From assembly GCA_051748565.1 (NCBI GenBank), contig JBNJHN010000002.1, forward strand, positions 3,696 to 67,695: a stretch of DNA of 64,000 nucleotides. Reading direction: 5' to 3'. The position numbers and the translations under genes are program-made. The notes below the pieces were generated by a model that was given only the letters and a program-made list of their open reading frames with translations, had not been told where the DNA came from and searched no databases. Origin of the DNA: Bacillota bacterium (GTDB lineage Bacteria > Bacillota > Dethiobacteria > DTU022). Shown piece after piece: positions 49,273 to 58,482 of the stretch (positions within the stretch are counted from its first letter, which is position 1; every line of letters begins with the position of its first letter).

Positions 49273-49626
49273 ATGCAGAAGCCGAAAAATGGTATCCACC
49301 CACAGAATTCCAATTCTAAACTGCCACTGTTTTCGCTTATGTTCGGTGTTGGAAGCATAGCCGGTTTATTAATATCAATTGCTTTAGCTTTAACAATTGA
49401 AGTAATCGGTGCTGTGTCATTATTCCGAGGGCTGGTTTTGCCTCTTTCCATTGCGGCAATCTTTATCGGTGCTATTGCCGCAAACAAGATTTCTGAAGAT
49501 GATTTAAAAGGCCGGACTCAGGCTCGTGTAGGAATAATCCTCGGTGTGGTTGCCTTTGGCCTTATAATCCTGGGTTTTCTTGCAGCAGCTGTAATATTTA
49601 TACCCCTGCGTTTGCTGGGGGCATAA
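49273..49626 (+). CDS. small DUF4190-like membrane protein
   Basis: Two TM helices. AGGAG SD before the ATG at 49273. Confidence 0.45.
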   Translation: MQKPKNGIHPQNSNSKLPLFSLMFGVGSIAGLLISIALALTIEVIGAVSLFRGLVLPLSIAAIFIGAIAANKISEDDLKGRTQARVGIILGVVAFGLIILGFLAAAVIFIPLRLLGA

Positions 49627-49641
49627 GCAGGCAAAGATTGC

Positions 49642-51021
49642 TTAATTACCGGACGCAGCTTTCAGTTTTTCATTGCTTGAAAAGAAATAGGCCCGATGAC
49701 GTTTAATTAACCACATGGCCAGTATAAATGAAAACAGGTCGGCCAGGGGAAAGGCCAGCCATATCCCGATCAGGTCAAGGAAAAGCGGCAGAAGGATGAG
49801 CAAGGGGATCAAAAAGAGAACCTGCCTGGCCAGCGATAAGATGAGGGCTTCCCTTGCTTTGCCGAGAGCCTGAAAAACTCCGGCGGTTATTATTTGCATA
49901 CCGACTGTCATCGAGAGGGCAAACATTATCCGCAGGGCACTTTTTCCCATTTCGATTGCTGCAGGATCGCTTGTAAAAACCATCATCAGGGGACCGGGTA
50001 TAGCCATCACCAGCAGGAAAGCCCCGAAAGCAATATATGTAGAAACTTTCATAGACAGGATAATTGACTCATTTACCCGCAATTTTTTTCTGGCCCCGTA
50101 ATTATAACCAACCAGGGGCAGCATGCCCTGAACTACCCCCAAAATTGGCATTAGCGTGAACATCATAACCCTGTGAATAATTCCCAGTACTGCTATCGCC
50201 AGGTCACCACCATAATGTATAAGCAGGTTATTGGCAATTATGAGCATCACGCTGGCCGATCCCTGACGGGCAAATGCGGAAGCACCTATAGCTAATATTT
50301 CCCTGATCAGGCCAAAACGGGGAGTTAGATAGCGAAACCTGATCATAAGTGAACTTCTCCCGGAAAAGAAGTAGAGAAATAGATATGCAGCCGTGATCCC
50401 CTGTGCAGCAACTGTGCCGTAAGCTGCACCCCTGATCCCCATATTCAGGGCAAACATAAAAAAGGGGGTGAATAATATATTGAGAACTGATGACATGATC
50501 GTCGACAGCATAGCGGTTTTGGCATTTCCTTCGGCACGGATAATGTTTTGTACCGAGAAGCCGAATGCAAAAGAGATTGTTCCGTAGAGGATTATACCCA
50601 GGTAATCACGGGCGTAGGGCATAATTGTTATGCTTGAGCCAAAAAGTTTCAACATCGGTGTTAAATAAATCAGACCTAAGAGAGCTCCGATAAAGCTTAC
50701 TACCAGGACTATGCTTATAATGTTGCCTAAGGCCCGGTTGGCTTTATCAAGATCATTGGCGCCGAGGGCTCTTGAGATTACCGAACCGCCGCCAATACCA
50801 AGGGCGCTGCTCAGGGCAAGAAAGATCATCTGAACCGGAAATGATATGGCCACTGCCGCCACACCGGTTGTGCCTACTCCCCTGGCAATATAAATTGTAT
50901 CGATTACGCTGTGCAGTGCCATGACGAGCATAGCGACTGAAGCCGGCACAGCCAGACTAACGAGCAACTGGGGGATCGGGTCTGTACCCAGTCTTTCACT
51001 TTGCTGTTTCAAATAGGTCAA
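49642..51021 (-). CDS. MATE family efflux transporter
   Basis: 12 TM helices and MATE (NorM-like) conserved segments. Confidence 0.85.
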   Translation of the reverse strand: MTYLKQQSERLGTDPIPQLLVSLAVPASVAMLVMALHSVIDTIYIARGVGTTGVAAVAISFPVQMIFLALSSALGIGGGSVISRALGANDLDKANRALGNIISIVLVVSFIGALLGLIYLTPMLKLFGSSITIMPYARDYLGIILYGTISFAFGFSVQNIIRAEGNAKTAMLSTIMSSVLNILFTPFFMFALNMGIRGAAYGTVAAQGITAAYLFLYFFSGRSSLMIRFRYLTPRFGLIREILAIGASAFARQGSASVMLIIANNLLIHYGGDLAIAVLGIIHRVMMFTLMPILGVVQGMLPLVGYNYGARKKLRVNESIILSMKVSTYIAFGAFLLVMAIPGPLMMVFTSDPAAIEMGKSALRIMFALSMTVGMQIITAGVFQALGKAREALILSLARQVLFLIPLLILLPLFLDLIGIWLAFPLADLFSFILAMWLIKRHRAYFFSSNEKLKAASGN

Positions 51022-51239
51022 CTCCTAAAAGACGTGTGTTTGACGCCTGCATTATATTATACTGCATAATATTTATTCTGCCAGTTAAAAGCAGGATAAG
51101 AACTACTCTGGTGCTATAAATTTAAATATCGTGCTAAACTTGATAAAAAAAGCGTATGTGATAAAATTACAGAGGCAAGCCTGAATAATCGAAATGAACC
51201 GGGTATATACAACTTTGTGCAAGCATATGGAGGTTGGTT

Positions 51240-51836
51240 ATGGTTAAGAAAATACTGCTGGCAATAATCTGTATTTCTTGCCTGCTTGTTATGGCAGGCT
51301 GCGGAAACAGCGAGCCGGCCCTTGAAGTAGAAGATGGTATCTCGATCGTTGTAGTAAATAAAACAGAAAATATAATAATTTCTTATGCTGTAATGTTTGG
51401 CGAAAACCTTGAAGAATGGGGTGAAAATTTACTTGGTGATGAAGTGATCGAGCCCGGTGAAACTTTTTCTTTTGTTATGCCTGAAGGAAACTATGACCTA
51501 TCACTCCTGACATACGAGTTTTTTGTTGTACAAAGTGCCTGGTCAATCAATGATGATATACGAATAGAAGTAGGAGGAGATGGCAAAGCTCCCATTTTAG
51601 TTGAAAATAATTCGGAATTTGATATTGTACTCTTCTACATTTCTCCCAGTGCAAGCGATGATTGGGGCGAGGATTGGCTGGGTGAATTCGGCTATATACC
51701 TGCGGAGACCGGCCGCCGTTTCTTTTTTGTGCAGCCTGATGAATACGATGTCCTGGCCATCGATTCCGAGGGGGAAACAGTTTTGCAGGCGATGGGGATA
51801 GATATAGATTCGGAAAGAAGATTAATTATCGACTAA
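51240..51836 (+). CDS. lipoprotein with an internal tandem-duplicated domain, hypothetical
   Basis: Lipobox LLVMAGC. Two similar roughly 75-aa repeats (…EEWGENLLGDEVIEPGETFSF… / …DDWGEDWLGEFGYIPAETGRRFFF…). Confidence 0.55.
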   Translation: MVKKILLAIICISCLLVMAGCGNSEPALEVEDGISIVVVNKTENIIISYAVMFGENLEEWGENLLGDEVIEPGETFSFVMPEGNYDLSLLTYEFFVVQSAWSINDDIRIEVGGDGKAPILVENNSEFDIVLFYISPSASDDWGEDWLGEFGYIPAETGRRFFFVQPDEYDVLAIDSEGETVLQAMGIDIDSERRLIID

Positions 51837-51889
51837 GCTTTTTGCAAACAGACAGGGCTATTTAATCCTGCGAAATATAGCTTTGTTTT

Positions 51890-53035
51890 TTAGGGATTAT
51901 CAATTAGGAAATGTTTAAAGATTCGAGTCAGTTCAGCTGCTTTTTTTTCAATCAGATGCGGCCCTCTGGAGATCGATTCTTCAATAGAAAGAGGACCGTC
52001 TGCGATTGCGAAACAGGCAGTAATACCTTGCTTATGAAAAATTTCCAGCCCGCCTTCTATAATTCCGGCCAGGGCAATTACCGGCACGTTAAATTTTTGG
52101 GCCCTTCTTGCTACTCCAACCGGTGCTTTACCGCTAGCAGACTGTGCATCCAGTTTGCCTTCACCGGTAACCAGCAGGCTGCAATGGACTAAAAAACGGT
52201 CAACATCAAGGGTATCGAGAACCAATTCTATGCCAGGGCAGATTTCTGCATTTAAAAATGCAATCAACCCCGCTCCCAATCCACCGGCAGCACCACTGCC
52301 GGGGATGTCGCCAATATCTTTTCCAATGGTTTTTTTAATTACTCTCCGGTAATTTTCGAGAGCCCGGTCCAGCATCTTGACCATTTCCGGAGTTGCCCCT
52401 TTTTGTGGGCCGTAAGTATACGAAGCACCTTTTGGTCCCGTAAGGGGATTGTTGACATCAGAGGCAACCTTGACTGAAACCTGCTGCAGTCGGGGGTCGA
52501 GGCCTGACATGTCGATGTGGCTTAATCGAATCAATTCTGCTCCACAGCCCTTAAGCGGCTCTCCTGAATGATCGAAAAATTCAGCGCCCAGGGCTTGTGC
52601 CATGCCGGCCCCACCATCATTGGTTGCACTGCCACCGATACCAATGATCAGATTCGAACAGCCATAATCGAGGGCAGTTTTGATCAACTCACCTGTACCG
52701 AAGGTGGATGTAACAGAAGGATCCCTCTGTGCTTCTGGTACCAGGGTCAGACCGGAAGCAGCCGCCATTTCAATTATTGCTGTTTTCTCAATATCATTAA
52801 ATCCCCATTCGGCTTTTACTAACTGGCCGAGTGGTCCGGTTACTGTGGTGGTTACTACCGAAATGTTTCCTATCCCGGCCAATGATTCAACAAGGCCCTC
52901 TCCGCCGTCCGAAAGAGGCAGTAAGATTAGCTCTGAATTAGGCAGGACAGAATTTATCCCCAGGGCAATATATCGGGCTGCTTCAGATGCAGACATGCTT
53001 CCCTTGAATTTATCGGGCGCTATGACGATTCGCAC
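51890..53035 (-). CDS. glxK: glycerate kinase
   Basis: Glycerate kinase family N-terminus VRIVIAPDKFKGS. GTG start with an AAGGTGG SD, so the ORF-track start is too far upstream. Confidence 0.82.
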   Translation of the reverse strand: MRIVIAPDKFKGSMSASEAARYIALGINSVLPNSELILLPLSDGGEGLVESLAGIGNISVVTTTVTGPLGQLVKAEWGFNDIEKTAIIEMAAASGLTLVPEAQRDPSVTSTFGTGELIKTALDYGCSNLIIGIGGSATNDGGAGMAQALGAEFFDHSGEPLKGCGAELIRLSHIDMSGLDPRLQQVSVKVASDVNNPLTGPKGASYTYGPQKGATPEMVKMLDRALENYRRVIKKTIGKDIGDIPGSGAAGGLGAGLIAFLNAEICPGIELVLDTLDVDRFLVHCSLLVTGEGKLDAQSASGKAPVGVARRAQKFNVPVIALAGIIEGGLEIFHKQGITACFAIADGPLSIEESISRGPHLIEKKAAELTRIFKHFLIDNP

Positions 53036-53226
53036 CGAATAAACCACCTTTGATTGGAGTTTAACTTTTCTATAAAATTTCTTCAATAATACAGGCGATC
53101 CTGCTTGATATTGCAAAACCTCGCGCAGGCATCCATTGCAGCTCTATTTAGGTCAGCGAAGAGCCGGGATCTTGTGGTATAATAAGAATGGTTTTTATTT
53201 AGACTATTCTGAAGGAGCGTTTAATA

Positions 53227-53502
53227 ATGGATAATATAAGCATTATGCCTGCAGCCAAAGAAAGAATGAAAAATTCTTCAAAAACTTATACGCTATACCT
53301 GGCCAGCCGTGGTGGCTGAGGCGGTTCATCCGTGACTCCTGCCGTGAAAGCAGGTATGCCTGTAGAAGTAAATAATTATGAGAAAAAAGAAGTGGAAGGG
53401 ATACCTTTCTATATCCGGAAGGACCTTGTTAACAAGCAGTTTGAAATTAACTGGGCCGGTTTTTGGATCTTCGGACAGTTTGTAGTAACTGAACGGGAAT
53501 AG
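53227..53502 (+). CDS. candidate small selenoprotein (91 codons, in-frame UGA at 53317-53319)
   Basis: An extended -10 TGGTATAAT lies at 53174-53182 and a GAAGGAG SD 11 nt before the ATG. A 30-codon ORF, then TGA, then 60 more in-frame codons (…ASRGG-U-GGSSVTPAVKAG…FVVTERE). A stem-loop follows 19 nt after the UGA, and a 10-bp terminator follows the gene. Confidence 0.3.
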
Positions 53503-53551
53503 TCATGATTGCGCAGGTGGTAATTCAGCCGGCCCGGTCCTTTAATAATTC

Positions 53552-53580
53552 AAACCCTGCTAAGATGGTCAGCAGGGTTT
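53552..53580. terminator. bidirectional terminator AAACCCTGCT-N9-AGCAGGGTTT
   Basis: Perfect 10-bp stem between the convergent candidate selenoprotein and rubredoxin genes. Confidence 0.5.
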
Positions 53581-53586
53581 CATCAT

Positions 53587-53778
53587 TTATACTGTGTCCG
53601 GTACAGCCTGGAATTCATCCTTATCTGCGCCACAAACGGGGCATTTCCAGTCGTCTGGTATTTCTTCAAAGGCAGTTCCCGGCACAATGCCGTTTTCAGG
53701 GTCTCCGATCTCCGGTTCGTAAGTATAATCACAGAGTTCACATACATAACTTTGCATCAAATTAATCCTCCTAAACAT
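53587..53778 (-). CDS. rd: rubredoxin
   Basis: CxxC...CPxCG ([10 protein letters not shown]...[13 protein letters not shown]). Confidence 0.85.
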   Translation of the reverse strand: MFRRINLMQSYVCELCDYTYEPEIGDPENGIVPGTAFEEIPDDWKCPVCGADKDEFQAVPDTV

Positions 53779-53935
53779 ATTTTTACTTGTTGCAGGGATC
53801 TTTTATAGAAATAATAGATCATAGCTAAGTTTCCGTCAAATTCTTTTAAGCAGCAGCATTTATTACATTTATTCATAGAATAATGATACACATTCTTCAG
53901 AACGGTCAGTTTGTCGGTGCAGAAAGGAAATTTTT

Positions 53936-54646
53936 ATGCGTGTTTGGGACTTACATCCGGGATATCTCTCAAGGCAAAGTCTGCTTGGCCAGCATGCAGA
54001 AATTCATGCCCTGTTCACTATTCTTGGCTCCGGGAAAAAGGGATATTCTTTACATCCTGAAACTTTGCGCTGGAAAGGTAAATTGGGCAGATTGAAACGG
54101 GTACACGATCTTACTGTTTTGGAAATGGAATTGCGCGGATTTAATCATGCCAGTCCTCTTGCCTTATGCAGCGATCTCAATCAAAATAAGCTTTCATTTG
54201 TAGATCAACCGGTAGAACAGATCGCTATTCTTCATGGAAAGTATTTTCTAAGAAACCAGGCCGGCCGTATACCCCTGCCCAAAAATATATATGAACTATG
54301 GGCCCATCACAAGTATTCGGTAATGGCCCGCGGATATGAACATTATAAAAATGTACGGTCTTTAATCAGGAACAATAACAACTGTTCTTTGGAAAAAGCC
54401 GGATCTCTGCCCGAACAAATTATTAAATTACTTTATCTGCCTGTAACTGCACCGGCTTTGGAAAATGTTGTTGATCACCTCTGGGGCTACTTAAAACGAG
54501 AGGCTTCATATGCAGAAAAAGAGCGATACCTGGGCAGGCAGACTGGCGATCTGCCAGCCCTGGTTAGCTTGTTTTTCGATCTTGCCTGCAAATATAACTG
54601 CAAATACCTGCAGCATTCCACCATATTCGCCGACCTTACTGAATAG
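53936..54646 (+). CDS. pyrimidine-dimer DNA glycosylase/endonuclease V-like family protein (tentative)
   Basis: N-terminus MRVWDLHPGYLSRQSLLGQH recalled as typical of this family. The assignment is tentative. Confidence 0.4.
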   Translation: MRVWDLHPGYLSRQSLLGQHAEIHALFTILGSGKKGYSLHPETLRWKGKLGRLKRVHDLTVLEMELRGFNHASPLALCSDLNQNKLSFVDQPVEQIAILHGKYFLRNQAGRIPLPKNIYELWAHHKYSVMARGYEHYKNVRSLIRNNNNCSLEKAGSLPEQIIKLLYLPVTAPALENVVDHLWGYLKREASYAEKERYLGRQTGDLPALVSLFFDLACKYNCKYLQHSTIFADLTE

Positions 54647-54648
54647 CT

Positions 54649-55146
54649 TTAAAACTGTTTAAAGGCTTTTTTTGCCGTGTTACAGATTGGGCAGTTATCG
54701 GGGATGGGATCCATACCTACCCATCCACAAACCGGGCACAAATAAACGTCCTTTTCCTCAGCATCTTTGCCCCCGGCTACGGTTGCTTTTAAATCATTGA
54801 AAATGCCTCCGTGTACTTTCTCCGCTGCATTGGCGTATTCAAATGATTGCAAAGCTTTTTTGTCCCCTTCATTTTTGGCTGCCTCTATAAATTCCGGATA
54901 CATTTCCGTAAATTCATAATTCTCACCTTCGGCAGCTGCTTGCAGGTTTTCAAGGGTATCGCCTACTTTTCCGGCAATTTCGAAGTGCTTCAGGGCATGG
55001 ATGGTTTCAGCCTCGGCAATTGCCTTAAAAATGCGCGCAACATTCTCAAAGCCGTCTTTTTCAGCTTTGTGGGAAAAAGCCAGGTATTTGCGGTTAGCCT
55101 GTGATTCGCCGGCGAATGCAGCCATAAGGTTTTCTTTTGTTTTCAC
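54649..55146 (-). CDS. rbr: rubrerythrin
   Basis: Ferritin-like diiron domain (E..H motifs) plus a C-terminal rubredoxin-like CPVCG...CPICN. Confidence 0.9.
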   Translation of the reverse strand: MKTKENLMAAFAGESQANRKYLAFSHKAEKDGFENVARIFKAIAEAETIHALKHFEIAGKVGDTLENLQAAAEGENYEFTEMYPEFIEAAKNEGDKKALQSFEYANAAEKVHGGIFNDLKATVAGGKDAEEKDVYLCPVCGWVGMDPIPDNCPICNTAKKAFKQF

Positions 55147-55249
55147 AACAAATCATCTCCTTGTTTTTTATTATTTACGCTCGTGTATAAAAATATTACT
55201 TCAACATTTTATTTTTAATTCCTTTTCGCAATTTTGCCCTAATCTTCTA

Positions 55250-55294
55250 TTGACATGGTTTAGCATATATCCTATAATTCTTATAGGAATTATA
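55250..55294 (+). promoter_or_regulatory. sigma-A-type promoter (TTGACA-17-TATAAT) with an overlapping 22-bp near-palindrome TATAATTCTTATAGGAATTATA
   Basis: Consensus -35 and -10 hexamers with a 17-nt spacer. The palindrome (1 mismatch) covers the -10 box and extends downstream. It lies upstream of nifS. Confidence 0.45.
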
Positions 55295-55382
55295 TTATTG
55301 TCTCAAGGCAAAGTCAAGAGTATAATAAAATAAATATTGATTATTCGGCAATTATAAATAAGAAAGTGAAAGGAATGTTACC

Positions 55383-56579
55383 ATGAAAGAAATAAATTTG
55401 GATTATGCAGCTGCTGCACCGGTTGACAGGGTTGTCCTCGATGCAATGCTCCCTTTCTTTACAGAGTATTACGGAAACCCATCCAGTGGGCACAGATTGG
55501 CAGAAAAACCACGAAAAGCTCTTGAAGAAGCCCGCAAAAATGCAGCTCGTCTTATCGGAGCTCAACCAGGGGAGATTATATTTACTGCATCGGGTTCGGA
55601 AGCGAATAATCTGGCTATCAAGGGAATTGCAAAGGCCGGCAAGAAAAAAGGTAATCATATTATTGCTTCTTCTATCGAACATTTTTCAGTGCTTAACCAA
55701 CTTAAAACACTCCAAAAAGAAGGTTTTAACGTAACATTACTTCCTGTTGATCAGTATGGCTTTGTTAACCCGGAACAGCTGGCGGCAGAAATTAGAGATG
55801 AAACTATACTGGTTTCTGTCCAGCTGGCCAACCCTGAAATCGGGACAATCCAGCCAATTGACCGGCTTACAGCGGTTACACGTGAAAAAGGGATCCCCTT
55901 TCATACCGATGCCGCTGCTGCGGCAGGATGGATTCCAATTGACGTAGATAAAATTGGCGTTGACCTGTTAACCATGGCTGGAGATCAGTTTTACGGGCCC
56001 AAAGGTTCAGGAGCCCTGTACCTGCGCCGTGGCGTGCGCATCGGCCCAGTAATAGAAGGTGGTATTCAGGAAAGGGGACTGCGGGCCGGAACCGAAAATG
56101 TAGCTGCTGCTGTTGGATTAGGTGAAGCCGCAAGGCTGGCTTATGAAGCAATACCTGAACGGCCAGACACGATAGCTGCAATTCGGGACAAGCTTAAAGA
56201 TAGTCTTTTTGAATCAATTCCGCAATTGCATCTGAATGGACATCCGGAGAAACGTCTTCCCCATAATTTAAATATTTCTGTTGAGTTTGTCGAAGGCGAA
56301 GCACTTTTAATGCGACTCGAAATGGCCGGTATATATGTATCGAGCGGATCTTCCTGTACTTCACAGGCTTTAAAATCTTCTCATGTTTTAACGGCCATCG
56401 GGGTGCCGCCTGAACTTGCCCAGGGATCATTACTGCTCACGCTTGGTGTGGGAAGCAATGTTGAAGATATCCCTTACATAAAAGAAAAACTGGCACAGGT
56501 TACAGAATTGTTAAGGAATATGTCGCCACTTTACCACAAATATTTAAAGGAGGGAAAAAATAATGCCCGAATACAGTGA
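55383..56579 (+). CDS. nifS: cysteine desulfurase (class V aminotransferase, NifS/IscS)
   Basis: PLP-lysine region, and an active-site Cys loop in the motif SSGSSCTS. Confidence 0.9.
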   Translation: MKEINLDYAAAAPVDRVVLDAMLPFFTEYYGNPSSGHRLAEKPRKALEEARKNAARLIGAQPGEIIFTASGSEANNLAIKGIAKAGKKKGNHIIASSIEHFSVLNQLKTLQKEGFNVTLLPVDQYGFVNPEQLAAEIRDETILVSVQLANPEIGTIQPIDRLTAVTREKGIPFHTDAAAAAGWIPIDVDKIGVDLLTMAGDQFYGPKGSGALYLRRGVRIGPVIEGGIQERGLRAGTENVAAAVGLGEAARLAYEAIPERPDTIAAIRDKLKDSLFESIPQLHLNGHPEKRLPHNLNISVEFVEGEALLMRLEMAGIYVSSGSSCTSQALKSSHVLTAIGVPPELAQGSLLLTLGVGSNVEDIPYIKEKLAQVTELLRNMSPLYHKYLKEGKNNARIQ

Positions 56580-56958
56580 TAAAGTAATGGAACATTTTAC
56601 AAATCCTCGCAATATCGGTGAGATTGATGATCCCGATGGTGTCGGAGAGGTTGGAAATCCGGTTTGTGGTGATATGATGAAATTTACGATCAAGGTCAAA
56701 GATAACCGGATCGAGGATGTTAAATACCTCACATTTGGTTGTGGCGCGGCTATCTCTGTTTCAAGTATGGTTTCTGAAATGGCCAAGGGTAAAACTCTTG
56801 AAGAAGCTTTGAAAATCACCAACAAGCAGGTAGCAGAAGAGCTTGGCGGCTTACCCGGCAACAAGATGCACTGTTCCAACCTTGGAGCGGATGCTTTACA
56901 TAAAGCGATAGAAGATTATATGGAAAAAGAGAAGATATCAACAAAAAGCGGTTCCTGA
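56563..56958 (+). CDS. nifU: Fe-S cluster assembly scaffold NifU/IscU-like
   Basis: NPVCGD...GCGAAIS...HCS motifs. Confidence 0.9.
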   Translation: MPEYSDKVMEHFTNPRNIGEIDDPDGVGEVGNPVCGDMMKFTIKVKDNRIEDVKYLTFGCGAAISVSSMVSEMAKGKTLEEALKITNKQVAEELGGLPGNKMHCSNLGADALHKAIEDYMEKEKISTKSGS

Positions 56959-57004
56959 ATTTTTTGCAAAAATAAGATCCTGCCGTTTATAAGGAGGTTT
57001 ACCA

Positions 57005-57352
57005 ATGAGCAAAGAAAATATAAAAGAAGCCCGTGCCTGCAGCTGTCCCTTTTGCGATGAGCCGATCTGTCCTGATCCTGCTGACGGAAAGTATTCATGC
57101 AAAAATGACGGAAAGCTGAAAGTGCACCAGGTGGATTGTGTTGGCCTTTACTGTCCCGTACCGGTAATGCGGGCTAAAGAAGAGATTGATCAGCTGGAAG
57201 ATGGAAACTTGATGCTACTGGTTGCCGATGATCCGGCATCAGTGGAAGATATCCCCCGCTGGGCAAAGAGGGCCGGACACCTTTTTGTCAGTATGCATCA
57301 GGTTGGTGAGGAATATCATTTCTTAATTCAGAAAGGAAAGGAGGCTTCATAA
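57005..57352 (+). CDS. TusA-like sulfurtransferase with an N-terminal Cys4 ribbon
   Basis: CSCPFCDEPICPDP, followed by the TusA CPxP motif (CVGLYCPVPVMRAKE). Confidence 0.72.
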   Translation: MSKENIKEARACSCPFCDEPICPDPADGKYSCKNDGKLKVHQVDCVGLYCPVPVMRAKEEIDQLEDGNLMLLVADDPASVEDIPRWAKRAGHLFVSMHQVGEEYHFLIQKGKEAS

Positions 57353-57353
57353 A

Positions 57354-57728
57354 ATGACAGAACCTAAAAATATCCTATATGTGCAGACAAGTGGAACTGA
57401 TACGCCGGAAAGGCTTTATTCCCCATTCATACTGGCCCAGACAGCAACGGCGATGGGCCTGGAAGCATCAATATATTTCCTGGGACTCGGCATGAAGGTC
57501 CTGGTAAAAGGAGAAGCGGAAAAAGTAAAGATCGGTGAGTTCCCAACCCTTAAAGAAGTCATGCAGCAAACTGCGGCCCAGGGTGTAAAACTTATAGCCT
57601 GCCAGCAGAGTATGCAGCTTTTTGGCGGTGAGATTAAACCCGAAGATCTGGTGGAAGAGGTGACGATTGCCGGGGCGGCAACTTTAAACGACCTGGCACT
57701 CGATGCTGATGCAGTGCTGACTTTCTAA
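57354..57728 (+). CDS. DsrE/DsrF-like family protein
   Basis: 124-aa DsrE-fold signature and a Cys in the motif LIACQQSM. Immediately follows tusA-like (2-nt gap). Confidence 0.65.
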   Translation: MTEPKNILYVQTSGTDTPERLYSPFILAQTATAMGLEASIYFLGLGMKVLVKGEAEKVKIGEFPTLKEVMQQTAAQGVKLIACQQSMQLFGGEIKPEDLVEEVTIAGAATLNDLALDADAVLTF

Positions 57729-57815
57729 AAAAATTACCATCCGGAAGGTTTTTATAAAGCCCTGACGAAAGGTATTCGTCGTAACATAGCAGGACGGTAG
57801 GGAAGCAAAATATTT

Positions 57816-57841
57816 GCCGGCCGCAAGGCCGGTTTATTTTT
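57816..57841 (+). terminator. rho-independent terminator of the nifS-nifU-tusA-dsrE operon
   Basis: GCCGGCC-GCAA-GGCCGGT followed by TTATTTTT. Confidence 0.5.
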
Positions 57842-57936
57842 GCCCTTTATTAATGTTGGCGGGTTATTATTTTCCGGCAGTACTTGAGTGCTTATCTCCC
57901 GGGAATACAAAATGAGCTCACAGAGGAGGGTTTCTG

Positions 57937-58395
57937 TTGTCTGAAGAAAATAAACTGACCGAAAAAGAAATTTTTGAACTGTTGCTGGATGAACCTGTCG
58001 GGCATCTCGGATTGACTAAAGAAAAACAGCCCTACATTGTTCCCCTGAATTACCTTTATAGCAATGGCGCTGTCTATTTTCACTGTGCCCTGGAAGGACG
58101 GAAAATAGATTACATAAGGATAAACCCAAAAGCCTGCTTCCAGGTAGGCCGCTACGATGGGTTAATCGACTCAGACCTTCCCTGTGCTCATAATTACCAT
58201 TACAAAAGTATAATCGTCGAAGGTATAATTGAAGAGGTGTCCGATCAGAAGGCAAAAGAAGCTGTATTGCGTGGCCTTGTCGCTAAGTATGCCGACCCTG
58301 TAATCGCAGAAAAACCAATTTCCGAAAAGCGGATAGAAACAGTTGCAGTATATCGCCTGATTCCCGATAAAATTTCCGGCAGAAAAAATTCATAA
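57937..58395 (+). CDS. pyridoxamine 5'-phosphate oxidase-related FMN-binding protein
   Basis: 152-aa split-barrel family pattern (…YIVPLNYLYSNGAVYFHCALEG…). Confidence 0.65.
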   Translation: MSEENKLTEKEIFELLLDEPVGHLGLTKEKQPYIVPLNYLYSNGAVYFHCALEGRKIDYIRINPKACFQVGRYDGLIDSDLPCAHNYHYKSIIVEGIIEEVSDQKAKEAVLRGLVAKYADPVIAEKPISEKRIETVAVYRLIPDKISGRKNS

Positions 58396-58482
58396 GGGAT
58401 CATTGCAAAAGGATTATCAATTAAGGGTGACGAATATACAACTATGCTGACTATTTAGTAAGCTGAAACGGAGGCAATAATA

